From positions 57,176,464 through 57,240,463 of the forward strand of contig NC_043011.1 in assembly GCF_006345805.1 (NCBI RefSeq): DNA of 64,000 nt, given 5' to 3'. Each line of letters starts with the position of its first letter. The first letter of the stretch is position 1. Below are positions 38,001 through 45,429 of this stretch, one piece after another. This stretch comes from Octopus sinensis. Its lineage: Eukaryota. Below the pieces are notes generated by a model, which saw only the letters and a list, made by a program, of their open reading frames with translations, was not told the origin of the DNA and ran no database searches. Both the position numbers and the translations under genes were made by a program.

Positions 38001-40866
38001 ATAATATGATACTTAAAAACGATAATGAACTTATTGTATACAGTGCTGCACTACAACCCATAAGAAAAAGTAGCTAAGAGTGCCTGAACAGTACATAGGA
38101 TATGCACACAAAGGGAACAGTAAACGAGTCGTTAAAAAAGGGGTGGGGGTGTCAGGTGTGTTGGTGGTGAATTGAAGGATGTAGTGTCCTGATGGTTAAC
38201 GACTGCAGCTGATAGTTTATTCCATGCTTCAGCAATTCTGAGCATGAAAAAATATACATTAGCTTTTCTCATTTTATCAGAAATATTTTTTTAAAAAATC
38301 ACGTGTTATTAAGATCTATTTTTTTTTTTTTATTTATTTATATTCTTCAAAAGTGTACAGTATCAGAAGTTGTCATCTGAGAGTATTTTTCTCCTTTTTT
38401 CTTTTTTTTTTTTCTTATTGATTATTAAAATAACCAAACAAATAAATAAAGAGCTGTAACTCTGCAATAATTTTTTAATTTTTTTTATTTTTATGTTTGC
38501 TGCAGAAAGTACGCATTGCTTCGCTCGAGTGTTTAGAGAATTTGACACAACTACCGACAACCACTCTACTGCCATACCGAAGAGAAGTAATTCGAGCACT
38601 TGGTCCCGTTTTAGACGATAAGAAACGCTTAGTAAGGAAACAAGCTGTCAAAGCGAGAGGAGAATGGTAAAGTTCACCTCAACATTTATATTATTTAATG
38701 CTGCTGAAGACTATTTCTTCGCATGCCACTTCCTTTTTGGTTTAGAGGCGGATAAATCCTGCTTTTATGTCTAATCTAACATGTAAACAGAGCAATTAAC
38801 GAGCATGGTAATTAGATTTTTTTAACATATTTTTATAGGAAGAAAAAAGAAAGAAAAAAAAAACACTAAAAGTCTAAATGATGAAATTATTGTAAAAAGA
38901 AACTGATAATTACCTCACCAAGGAAACAAAGAAAAGGGGGGGGGAGGGGAGGGGTGGATTATGTCCCAGAGCAAATGGCATGGTTAGTTGCACCTTGTGA
39001 ATGTGATTGCAAAGGTGTTGCCATGGAGAGTGGCCAAGATTTAGCAGTTTGGAAGCTAGAAGATTAATTAAGTCAGTTTCACATTAACGATCACAGTTTA
39101 TCACAGAGGTAAATCGTTATCTTGCAAATGGCATAATTCCTTAAGATTCGAAGCTGGTTGCCTGAACGTGAACATGAAAATGATAATGTCAGAATGCATT
39201 CCAACATTTTTCAGTATGTAGCAAAGCTGTGGCTCAGATTTTTAATATGTCGAAACCTTATAAGTGTGGGAAGCAGTTTGGTAGTTCTGTTACTGAAGAA
39301 TTTATCTGGGGTAAAATTATGGTGACAGAGGTACTTAACAGAAATAGTTTTATGAAGATATCAACCAGAGTTGCTGTAAGTGAATTAGGCTGCCTTGCTA
39401 CAGAATACCACTTGCTGTTCTTTCTCTGTGGAGAATTAAGATTAAGATTGACAGTGCAGCTGCACTATTAAGCGATGTGATATTTAGCTGTGACGATTGC
39501 TGATGTGATTATATATATATATAATTTGTTTAGCCAATCAATTAAACAAAGCCAACGAGTAATTTCTTTAATCTTTTCTCATCCAACCATACTTTATAAT
39601 CAATCTTCTTTGATCTTCTACTTGTTTCAGTGGCCATGCTGGGGCACCACCATCGTGGGTTTTAGTCAACCAGAGCGAACCCAGTACTTATTCTATCAGT
39701 CTCAATTGCCGAATTGCTAAGTGACGTGTATATAACAAACCAACACCGGGTGTCAAGCAGTGATGAGGAGTTTGGGGTGGACACAGACAAACACATGCAG
39801 TTTCCATCTACCACATCTCTCTTGTACGGCATAGGTCAGTCTGGGTCTGTAGTAGAAGATTCTCACTCAAGGTGCTTCCCATTGGGACTGAACCTAACTT
39901 GTTGGTGTACCAGAACTGACCTTCTGAACGGTCAAACCACCTATGATCTGACCAAATTACTTCCCATCTATTCCTCTATCATAAATACCTTCCACTGTCT
40001 GCACTTGATATATTTTTACCACTGCTGCTCCTGGTCTGTTTGTGTTTGTCTGTACCAGAATTGCAGGCAATATTTTGGTAATTGTAAAGCAGCGAGCTAG
40101 CAGAATCGTTAGCATGCCAGGCGAAATGCTAAGTCACCCTGCAGTAACCCGAGGAAAGATAACCTTGAGATGGAATGGCATCCTGACCAGTCACTTAGAC
40201 GCCATGGTGACTGAATTAAGCTCCAGCCTTAAAACCGACCTAAACCCAATAATTTTCTTTGGTCTGCTTCTGATTCACCTTCTATGAACATTCCAATGGA
40301 GCATATTTAATTTCTTCCCCAGCCTTTGCCAACTGCCCCATGTTCAAATGTCCACCTCTCACTCACATGTGGTATTACTCTTTTATACCTGATTCATGCA
40401 GCCCTGCTCTATGTGTGAAATGGAAAACACCTTCTGCTGCTGTTTAGCTCTGGAGTAGTTCTGAGTATGATGGGGATGCTGCCAAGTTCCTGGCTTTGGG
40501 TAAAAGAAAATACCAGAGGATCGGTTAATTGTGATTTTATTCAACATATTCTCTGTGCTCAGATTCACACACTTATTGCAGTGGTCCTTCAGTTTTTCTA
40601 AAAAACTCAGAATGTTGGGCCTCTGTAGCAGCGATTAAAAAAGATTAAATAAATACAAAAAAATGAACAAAAGGAATTTCTAAGAAAGAAATATTTGTAA
40701 AACTTGCATTAAGTTAATCATTGAAGAATATAGCTTTTCATCATGTATAAATTATTACGTGTATATAGGTGTATACACAATATATATATATATATATATA
40801 TATAGCCTGTGTTATTCAGGATTGCCAGTGTATGTAGAGGCTAAAGCAAGTTGCTTTTTGTGGAAG

Positions 40867-40913
<47 letters not shown>

Positions 40914-41398
40914 CACACACACACACATCTTATGAGTTTACTCAATGTGTTGGTCAGTCCCACAGCTGTCATACAGCACTCCATTTGATAGTGTCCTCTC
41001 AGTGGGATCAAATTCCTAACCACTTGGTTCTGAAGCAAGTTTCTTCACCACACAACCAGTTCTCACATTAGCTCAGTTGTGGGGTCTTGTCTTGCAAGTT
41101 ACTTGGTGACTTCACTGGTTGCAATGCCACATAAAAAAAAAAAAAAACAAAATCGACCACTCCACTGTGTAAAGTAATTTGTTTCTAGGGACAGCATCCA
41201 GTCATAGAGACCATGCCAAAGTATACATTGGTGCTTGGCCGTCCTCCAGCATGCTAGTTCTGGTTGAACCATTGAAGCCCCAGCATGGAAAACATTTAAT
41301 TATTATGATGATGATTAGCAATATGGCTAGATGTGGATCTTAGAGTAAATTCTCTTTTTTCTCCTTCCAGGTATCTTCTTGGTGCTCCAAGCAGCTGA
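1753..41398 (+). CDS. MMS19: MMS19 (CIA targeting complex HEAT-repeat scaffold for cytosolic Fe-S assembly), 5'-partial, 25 coding exons
   Basis: Exons 1753-1801, 4948-5051, 5970-6055, 6657-6801, 8813-8938, 9934-9995, 10269-10430, 14080-14163, 15148-15234, 16510-16558, 19057-19205, 19924-20002, 21339-21546, 22786-22883, 23811-23954, 25083-25335, 26971-27076, 29530-29598, 30966-31092, 32498-32670, 34332-34518, 35349-35431, 36521-36688, 38506-38666, 41371-41398. All are GT-AG and phase-compatible, 2987 nt with no internal stop. Recognised motifs: GFIQAMDGEKDPRNL, CYFPIDF, AAAKCFAGLINKH, LDDKKRLVRKQAVKARGEW, YLLGAPSS*. The start exon is outside the window. Confidence 0.96.
2195..2413 (+). mobile_element. 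piggyBac-type MITE family E (TTAA|CCCT..AGGG|TTAA)
   Basis: TTAA at 2191-2194 and 2414-2417; homologues at 2857-3067, 6893-7098, 13754-13975, 17392-17575, ~43862-44077. Confidence 0.75.
3616..4130 (+). mobile_element. tRNA-head CORE-type SINE (family A), full length with internal duplication
   Basis: Box A-like TGGCTGCGTGG, box B-like GGTTCAGTCC, CORE-like GGCACCTTAGGCAAGTGTC, (TA)n(TG)n middle, (AAAGAGT)n tail; resembles octopus OR-type SINEs. Confidence 0.75.
4542..4882 (-). mobile_element. family C repeat
   Basis: Same diagnostic motifs on the minus strand. Confidence 0.8.
4948..5051 (+). CDS. MMS19: MMS19 exon SALTTSGLSRRADGTKLLCDALHQIPQDLLIFAE
   Basis: ttcag / gtatgt, phase 2 to 1. 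Confidence 0.88.
5515..5723 (+). mobile_element. family B tRNA-derived SINE
   Basis: CTGAGTTCAAATTCC box B-like, CATCCTTTCGGGGTCGAT..AAGTACCAG central domain; also 10519-10680 (+), 13212-13420 and 55505-55650 (-). Confidence 0.65.
5970..6055 (+). CDS. MMS19: MMS19 exon ELLCTFLCNRLGDHHSLQPAALHGLTAL
   Basis: tgcag / gtacgt; NRLxDHH motif. Confidence 0.92.
6657..6801 (+). CDS. MMS19: MMS19 exon SKCCNVP...IFREVQCPSLAQKDRYSVYSIIYNFLVTKLD
   Basis: tttag / gtaagt; IFxEVxxxSLxQxDR motif. Confidence 0.92.
6893..7098 (-). mobile_element. piggyBac-type MITE family E
   Basis: TTAA duplication at 6889-6892 and 7099-7102. Confidence 0.75.
7962..8395 (+). mobile_element. family C repeat (long copy)
   Basis: Several internal ~60-nt modules plus tail. 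Confidence 0.8.
8813..8938 (+). CDS. MMS19: MMS19 exon LRKMDGDFVCGFIQAMDGEKDPRNLQLAF...
   Basis: AAG acceptor / gtgagt; GEKDPRNL motif. Confidence 0.95.
9934..9995 (+). CDS. MMS19: MMS19 exon LFVEEMFEITACYFPIDFQP
   Basis: tgtag / gtaagt; CYFPIDF motif. Confidence 0.95.
10269..10430 (+). CDS. MMS19: MMS19 exon PADNPHGIEKEDLVLSLRRCL...DAMQTL
   Basis: tctag / gtaagt, 54 codons. Confidence 0.95.
13754..13975 (+). mobile_element. piggyBac-type MITE family E
   Basis: TTAA flanks, CCC..GGG ends. Confidence 0.75.
14080..14163 (+). CDS. MMS19: MMS19 exon AEVSPVYGAEALNKYLSLNVLFSILRNE
   Basis: tccag / gtgaga, phase 0-0. Confidence 0.88.
14613..15021 (-). mobile_element. family C repeat
   Basis: Diagnostic motifs; tail-to-tail with the SINE at 14205-14585. 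Confidence 0.8.
15148..15234 (+). CDS. MMS19: MMS19 exon LISGSIEAQEAALKATQNIASTLTDQIIE
   Basis: ttcag / gtaagt, phase 0-0. Confidence 0.85.
15791..16212 (+). mobile_element. family D SINE: family A head plus LINE-like 3' tail ending (GAT)n
   Basis: tRNA/CORE head, then AGTATCCAGCTGCAGAAAATC..AAGCATGGAAAAGTGGAC..GATGAT; also 14205-14585, 47423-47795, 50850-51208 (+) and 52880-53270 (-). Confidence 0.7.
16510..16558 (+). CDS. MMS19: MMS19 exon DDRESPLNSFLNYILK
   Basis: ttcag / gtaact; LxSFLxxIL motif. Confidence 0.85.
17645..17972 (+). mobile_element. family C repeat
   Basis: Diagnostic motifs. Confidence 0.78.
19057..19205 (+). CDS. MMS19: MMS19 exon CRLNSQQEEQFVNHMRLLHSAASAS...EKACQ
   Basis: ttcag / gtaagg. 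Confidence 0.88.
19286..19456 (+). repeat. ~170-nt polypyrimidine tract
   Basis: 8 purines in 171 nt; ends in CCAG. Confidence 0.9.
19924..20002 (+). CDS. MMS19: MMS19 exon SNWKVLILRCIHGFLEATKSLPDLKN
   Basis: atcag / gtgagt; supplies the required phase 0 to 1 change. Confidence 0.82.
20192..20245 (-). ncRNA. hammerhead motif with G12->A change (probably inactive)
   Basis: Minus strand GACAC-CTGATGA-A-GGCTG..CAGCC-(A)AAA-CG-TT-GTGTT; the lost G lies in a CpG context. Confidence 0.6.
21339..21546 (+). CDS. MMS19: MMS19 exon ENPVSQHLNKIFAMF...KTKDEILR
   Basis: tacag / gtaagt. Confidence 0.88.
22057..22312 (+). mobile_element. family C repeat
   Basis: Diagnostic motifs. Confidence 0.78.
22786..22883 (+). 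CDS. MMS19: MMS19 exon SQCISTLSEASVKYPEIIQQNVLPALFQILKN
   Basis: gacag / gttagt. Confidence 0.86.
23362..23702 (+). mobile_element. family C repeat
   Basis: Modules start at 23390, 23457, 23519. Confidence 0.8.
23811..23954 (+). CDS. MMS19: MMS19 exon TRDNISNQ...SICMQPSVTKAVLPEIWIWLENLVK
   Basis: ttcag / gtaatg. Confidence 0.86.
24004..24223 (+). mobile_element. piggyBac-type MITE family F
   Basis: TTAA flanks; homologues at 27167-27375 (inverted) and 30573-30792. Confidence 0.75.
24270..24860 (+). mobile_element. piggyBac-type MITE family G, interrupted
   Basis: TTAA flanks at 24266-24269 and 24861-24864; fragments at ~9060-9130, ~12820-12962, ~50750-50825. Confidence 0.65.
24351..24723 (+). 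mobile_element. family C repeat inserted into a TTAA MITE
   Basis: Splits the MITE at 24270-24860. Confidence 0.8.
25083..25335 (+). CDS. MMS19: MMS19 exon DPNRTSDVSKLF...ILREISTRLDK
   Basis: tgtag / gtaaaa; 253 nt open. Confidence 0.86.
26971..27076 (+). CDS. MMS19: MMS19 exon KGEELSEQMIRLFLHEDLSVF...KFCPLK
   Basis: tatag / gtatag. Confidence 0.88.
27167..27375 (-). mobile_element. piggyBac-type MITE family F
   Basis: TTAA|CCCTTTCG..CGAAAGGG|TTAA. Confidence 0.78.
27568..27912. repeat. 20-bp minisatellite, ~17 degenerate copies, consensus TAAGTACACTGTCAGCAGTG
   Basis: Periodicity read directly. Confidence 0.85.
28131..28620 (-). pseudogene. RTE (Rex3/Expander-like) LINE 3' relic with (GGAT)n tail
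   Basis: RRPKDRPEARWLANIYSLSWSYLGI..VASEWTLW peptide; GAAAATGGATGGATGG end. Confidence 0.55.
29530..29598 (+). CDS. MMS19: MMS19 exon PTSVKQTRLIGFLMAVICSLLPE
   Basis: ttcag / gtaagt; QxRLIxxLMAxxCSL motif. Confidence 0.92.
30966..31092 (+). CDS. MMS19: MMS19 exon VSIDDLEHLL...TAAAKCFAGLINKHGQ
   Basis: ttcag / gtaaat. Confidence 0.95.
31303..31757. mobile_element. inverted pair of family C repeats (- 31303-31512, + 31560-31757)
   Basis: Both carry the CCATGC-NA-GCATGG and (GAT)n tail, pointing outward. Confidence 0.75.
32498..32670 (+). CDS. MMS19: MMS19 exon SPGKECLDHL...LWLWITKALLISAHSEANNFVGL
   Basis: tccag / gtaagc; LWxTKAL motif. Confidence 0.93.
32781..32845 (+). ncRNA. minimal type I hammerhead ribozyme motif, intact core (GUU triplet)
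   Basis: CTGAAGA 32799-32805; stem II GACCC/GGGTC; GAAA 32821-32824; C-GT-G; GTT ending 32830; stem I GACTTT..TTATTG.TGTAC with GTATGCAATAAAGTC. Confidence 0.72.
33788..34160 (-). pseudogene. RTE-clade LINE ORF2 relic
   Basis: KWEWIGHTLRIPTSWITHQALT..QG..KRGRP resembles RTE WxWIGHTLR..ITRQAL.WNPQG..RGRP. Confidence 0.65.
34332..34518 (+). CDS. MMS19: MMS19 exon VFNLLSDEELGEAAAEG...IRIMYKQRLF...EVKS
   Basis: tttag / gtaagt. Confidence 0.95.
34714..35130 (+). mobile_element. family C repeat, young subfamily
   Basis: Near-identical to 45746-46076. Confidence 0.8.
35349..35431 (+). CDS. MMS19: MMS19 exon LKKNYLIAVSHLLTFLPHQVLVSKLPP
   Basis: ttcag / gtaagt. Confidence 0.93.
36521..36688 (+). 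CDS. MMS19: MMS19 exon LVPMLVLALMF...KLSETNASM
   Basis: gccag / gtaact, 56 codons. Confidence 0.92.
37118..37390 (+). pseudogene. Tc1/mariner transposase C-terminal relic
   Basis: WPPASPDLNPIENLWSIIK motif typical of Tc1 DD34E transposases; truncated and frameshifted. Confidence 0.8.
37695..37950 (+). mobile_element. family C repeat
   Basis: Diagnostic motifs. Confidence 0.75.
38506..38666 (+). CDS. MMS19: MMS19 exon KVRIASLECL...LDDKKRLVRKQAVKARGEW
   Basis: tgcag / gtaaag; conserved C-terminal motif. Confidence 0.96.
41371..41398 (+). CDS. MMS19: MMS19 last coding exon YLLGAPSS-stop
   Basis: ctccttccag acceptor; TGA at 41396-41398. Confidence 0.9.
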
Positions 41399-41532
41399 GA
41401 AAGATGAACATTACTTCCTCACTCGTCAGTGTTGAGATAGCATTCCAAAAAATTCTTCCTTAAAAAAAATGGCCATCTGGAACAAAAAGCAGCTGTTCAT
41501 TTGAAAGGCAATGAATTTTTTAAAAATCAGAA

Positions 41533-41538
41533 AATAAA
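41533..41538 (+). terminator. candidate MMS19 polyadenylation signal (a second AATAAA at 41755-41760)
   Basis: AATAAA downstream of the stop codon; usage not testable from sequence. Confidence 0.4.
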
Positions 41539-42261
41539 TTTCTACCCTTCTGCCAAATTTTATGAGAAGCCATTTATTATTATTATTTTGTAAATGCTTT
41601 TACGTTTTGTTTCTCTTTGACTGAGGGGTTTTTATTGAAGATTTTCTTTATTTGCCTCGGATTGAAGAACTGTAAAATTGTTGGACTTGCACATTACAAA
41701 TATTTCTATGATGGACATTTATTTTTGTATTCTACATTGATTTGGAAATCAAAGAATAAAAGAAAAACAAGAAATTGAAGAAAAATCCAAGAATACAAAA
41801 TTTCTTTTTTGTCCCCTCTCGTTTTAGTATTAATGTAAAATGTGGGTGTGCATAACGTCTCTGTTGATATACCGTTTTATGAATGTTTTTCTGGCAAGAG
41901 ATTTGATGTAATGGATAAACAGTTGATTTTAAGAATTATATTCCAAATATATTCATACAGATGATGTGTGTGTATGTACGCACGTTCTTTTACTGGTTTT
42001 ATTTTGCAGAGCTGCCTTCAAGGGTCTAATTGATCATATCAACTCTTAGTAGTTACTTCCGTCTGGTCTGTATTTTGTTGTCCTCTGTTTGTTGAACCTC
42101 AAAGTTCCATAACAAAGAAACTCATTTAAATGCTGATGTATTCATATAAGGGGATGGGTTTATGCTTATATAATAATAATAATTATTTGAGGGAATATTC
42201 CTAACTTACAGGGAAAAATTCAATTTAGAAATACTAAATCAAATTTCACAATAAAATATAT

Positions 42262-42566
42262 AAAAATTAGAAAAAACACCCTTTATCAATTCAGAATGAT
42301 AAGTTACACCATCTAGAAAATTACATATAATAGAAATATTAAAATAATAATATACCGATGATTAAGTAAGTTGCAAAATATTAATAAAAACGTATATATT
42401 TGTTATTCTACCAAATATATACGTTCTTATTATTATTTTGCAATTTACTTAATCATCGGTATATTATTGTTATTTTAATTTTAATATTTCTATTATATAT
42501 AATTTTCTAGATGGTGTAACTTAATTGTTCATTTTGAATTGATAAAGGGTGGTTTTTCTAATTTTT
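42262..42566. repeat. ~305-nt AT-rich foldback hairpin with 9-nt loop
   Basis: Arms 42262-42402 and 42412-42566 are reverse complements with few mismatches/indels. Confidence 0.9.
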
Positions 42567-43493
42567 CTCTCTCTCTATATATATATACATATATATATTC
42601 TTTTACATCATTGCCTTCAAGAAGTTTTAGTTAAGTGAACCAAGCCCAATATTCAGGTCTTTTTAAAACCTGGTACCTATCCTATGAGTCTGTTTTGCTG
42701 AATGGCAGTGGGGAACACACACACATATTTATACATATGATGGGCTTCTTTCTCCCAAATCAACTCATAATGCTTTGGTTGGCCCCAAGCTATTGTAGAA
42801 GACACTTGCCAAAGGTGACTCACAATGGGTTTGAACCTGAAACCATGTGGTTGGGAAGCAAACTTCTTACCACACAACCATGCCTGCGTCTATATATATA
42901 TACTCTTCAGATTTCTTCAGTTTCTGTCTACCAATTCCACTGACAAGATGCTTGTGAGAATATAAGATAATGTACCAGTTGACAATGATCACACAGTGGA
43001 TTTTAACCTCTAACCCTGAGGTTCCATAGCAAACTTCTTAACCACACAACCATACCTGTATCTTTGTCTGACCGCTATGTTAATTAGATTCTAACTTCCA
43101 AACATCTTACATGTAAGAGAAAGTAAAAAAAACCAACCCCAATGCATACAAGTAAATCTTGAGCTGTAGGAACTATGTTCTTGAAAAACAATGTGTAAAG
43201 AATTCTAGGAGGCAGCAAACTGGCAGAATCATTAGCATGTCAAACAAGCTGTTTAGCAGCATTTCTTGTGGCTCTTGATGTTCTGAGTTCAAATCCTGCT
43301 ATGGTTGTCATTACTCTTTCATCCTTTTGGGATTGATAATGTACCAGACTTGATGTAATCGACTGGTTTCCTCCCCTCAAAATTAAGGACCAGCATCCCC
43401 CATTCAGTGGGTACCTTGTGATTTTTCATCACTTGTACGACATTGAACCCAGGTAGACCCAAGAAAAAAAGAATCTGGACGTGTAAGGTATAA

Positions 43494-43499
43494 TTTATT
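43494..43499 (-). terminator. candidate PGAM polyadenylation signal
   Basis: AATAAA on the minus strand ~180 nt after the stop, followed by a U-rich tract. Confidence 0.5.
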
Positions 43500-43676
43500 C
43501 TCCATAAATATAGAAAAACAATGAAATAAATAGAGTACAGCAACTGGTCATTCTTTTCATAATGACCATTTAATTAAAAACTTAAATGATTAGAGAAGTT
43601 AGAATAATCAAGGAAAATGGCTGTCTTCTTTCTTTTATGAAGAAAAAAAAAGGTTTTGTTGTTAAGTGTTCAGCTT

Positions 43677-43798
43677 TTACTTAGCCTTGCCTTGAGAAGC
43701 GACCTTATCAATAGCAGCTTTCACAGCAGCTTCATCAGCCACGTAGTAGTGCTTGATGGGGTTCATGTCTTTGTCCAGTTCATACACAAGTGGAATAC
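43677..43798 (-). CDS. PGAM: PGAM exon 6 [22 protein letters not shown]...QGKAK-stop
   Basis: ttcag acceptor; TAA at 43679-43677. Confidence 0.96.
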
Positions 43799-45394
43799 CT
43801 GAAATAAAGAGAGAGAGAGAAAAAAAATGTTTAACGAATGAGATAATTCTCAGAAATGGTTAAATCCTTTAACATTTAAACTAGCCATGTCCAGTCTGAA
43901 TATCCCACCTTTTTTATGTTCAAACTGACCAGGTTTGGCCTCTCACACCTACCCTACAATGTCATTCTAAAAATAAGCGACCACATCCGTGGAATATCGA
44001 TGCTATGAGAAAATGAAAGATTAATCAAAAACTGAATTAATAAGCATAACATTCGACAGGATAATATGAATGTTAGGAACTTTGCCTCCATCCAGATAAT
44101 CAAGGATAATCCTTTCTACTAAAAGCACAAGGCTTGAAATTTTGGGGGATGTGGATTAGTTGATCTCTTATTTAATGACCAGTTGTTCCATCAGTGGAAT
44201 TACATCTATCTCTGTGCCTCTAGTCTCTCAACTGGCACAAATCCCACCCTCCTAGTTGAGTGGGGTGATCTCTTGCAAGGTACTTGGTGATCCTGTTGGT
44301 GCTGGTACCATGAAGAAAAAAAAAAAATGAAAAAGCAGCCAGTTCACTCTGTAAAGTGGTTTACATTAGGAAGGGCATTCAGCTGTAGAAACTATGTCAA
44401 AACAGACGATTGGGGCCTGGTGCAGATGCTGGCTTTATCATCATGGTAAAGGGACGATAACTGATGATAATGATGAATTACCTGCCCCTGAATCAGCACT
44501 TTGGTGGCTGAGAATTTTGTTCTGATGATCGTTTAACGTCCGTTTTCCGTGCTGTCACGAGTTGGACGGTTCGACTGGGGTCTGGGAAGCCAGGAGGCTG
44601 CACCAGGCTCCAGTCTGATCTGGCAGTGTTTCTACAGCTGGATGCTCTTCCTAACTCCATGAGTGTAGTGGGTGCTTTTTATGTGCCAGGCGAGGCTAGC
44701 AACAGCCACGATCGATTGGTGCATTTTACGTGCCACTGGCACAGAAGCCTGTCAAGGCAGCACTGGCATCGGCCACATTCGGATGGTGCTTTTTATGTGC
44801 CACCAGCACAGGTCTTAAAAGTCTTGGGCAGAATCAACATAACACAGAGTAACAAAGCTGACCTTTTCAATTAGAGCTACAACCTAGATGGCCATCTGCT
44901 GGACTTCCAGAGGCCATAGAGCTTTGCCCAAGTTGTCAGATCAACATCAGAGTCTCTTAGTTGCAAAATGAACTACTTTCAACCTCTCCTCCTCGTTTTA
45001 GATGCTAATATATCTTTTACTTGTTTCTGCCATTAGACTGTGGCCAAGCTGGGCATCACCTTGAAGAATTTTTTGTTGAATGAATTGACTCCAGTACTTA
45101 TTGCAGCCTGATACTTCTATTAGTCTCCTTTGCTGAACTGCTAAGTTATGGGGACGTAAACACACCAACACCAGTTGTGGAGGACAAACGAAGTCTTTTA
45201 CTTGCTTCAGTCATTTGACTGCAGCCATGCTGGAGCATCACCGTTTAGTTGAACAAATCGACCCCAGGACTTATTCTTTGTAAGCCTAGTACTCCTTCTA
45301 TTGGTTTCTTTTGCCGAACCACTAAGTTATGGGGACATGAACACCAACATCAGTTGTCAAGCAATGCTGGGAGACAAATAGACACATATACATA

Positions 45395-45429
<35 letters not shown>

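Noticed and set aside
38936-38956. G-quadruplex-capable G runs
   Set aside because: Short, isolated homopolymer tract with no independent evidence of function.
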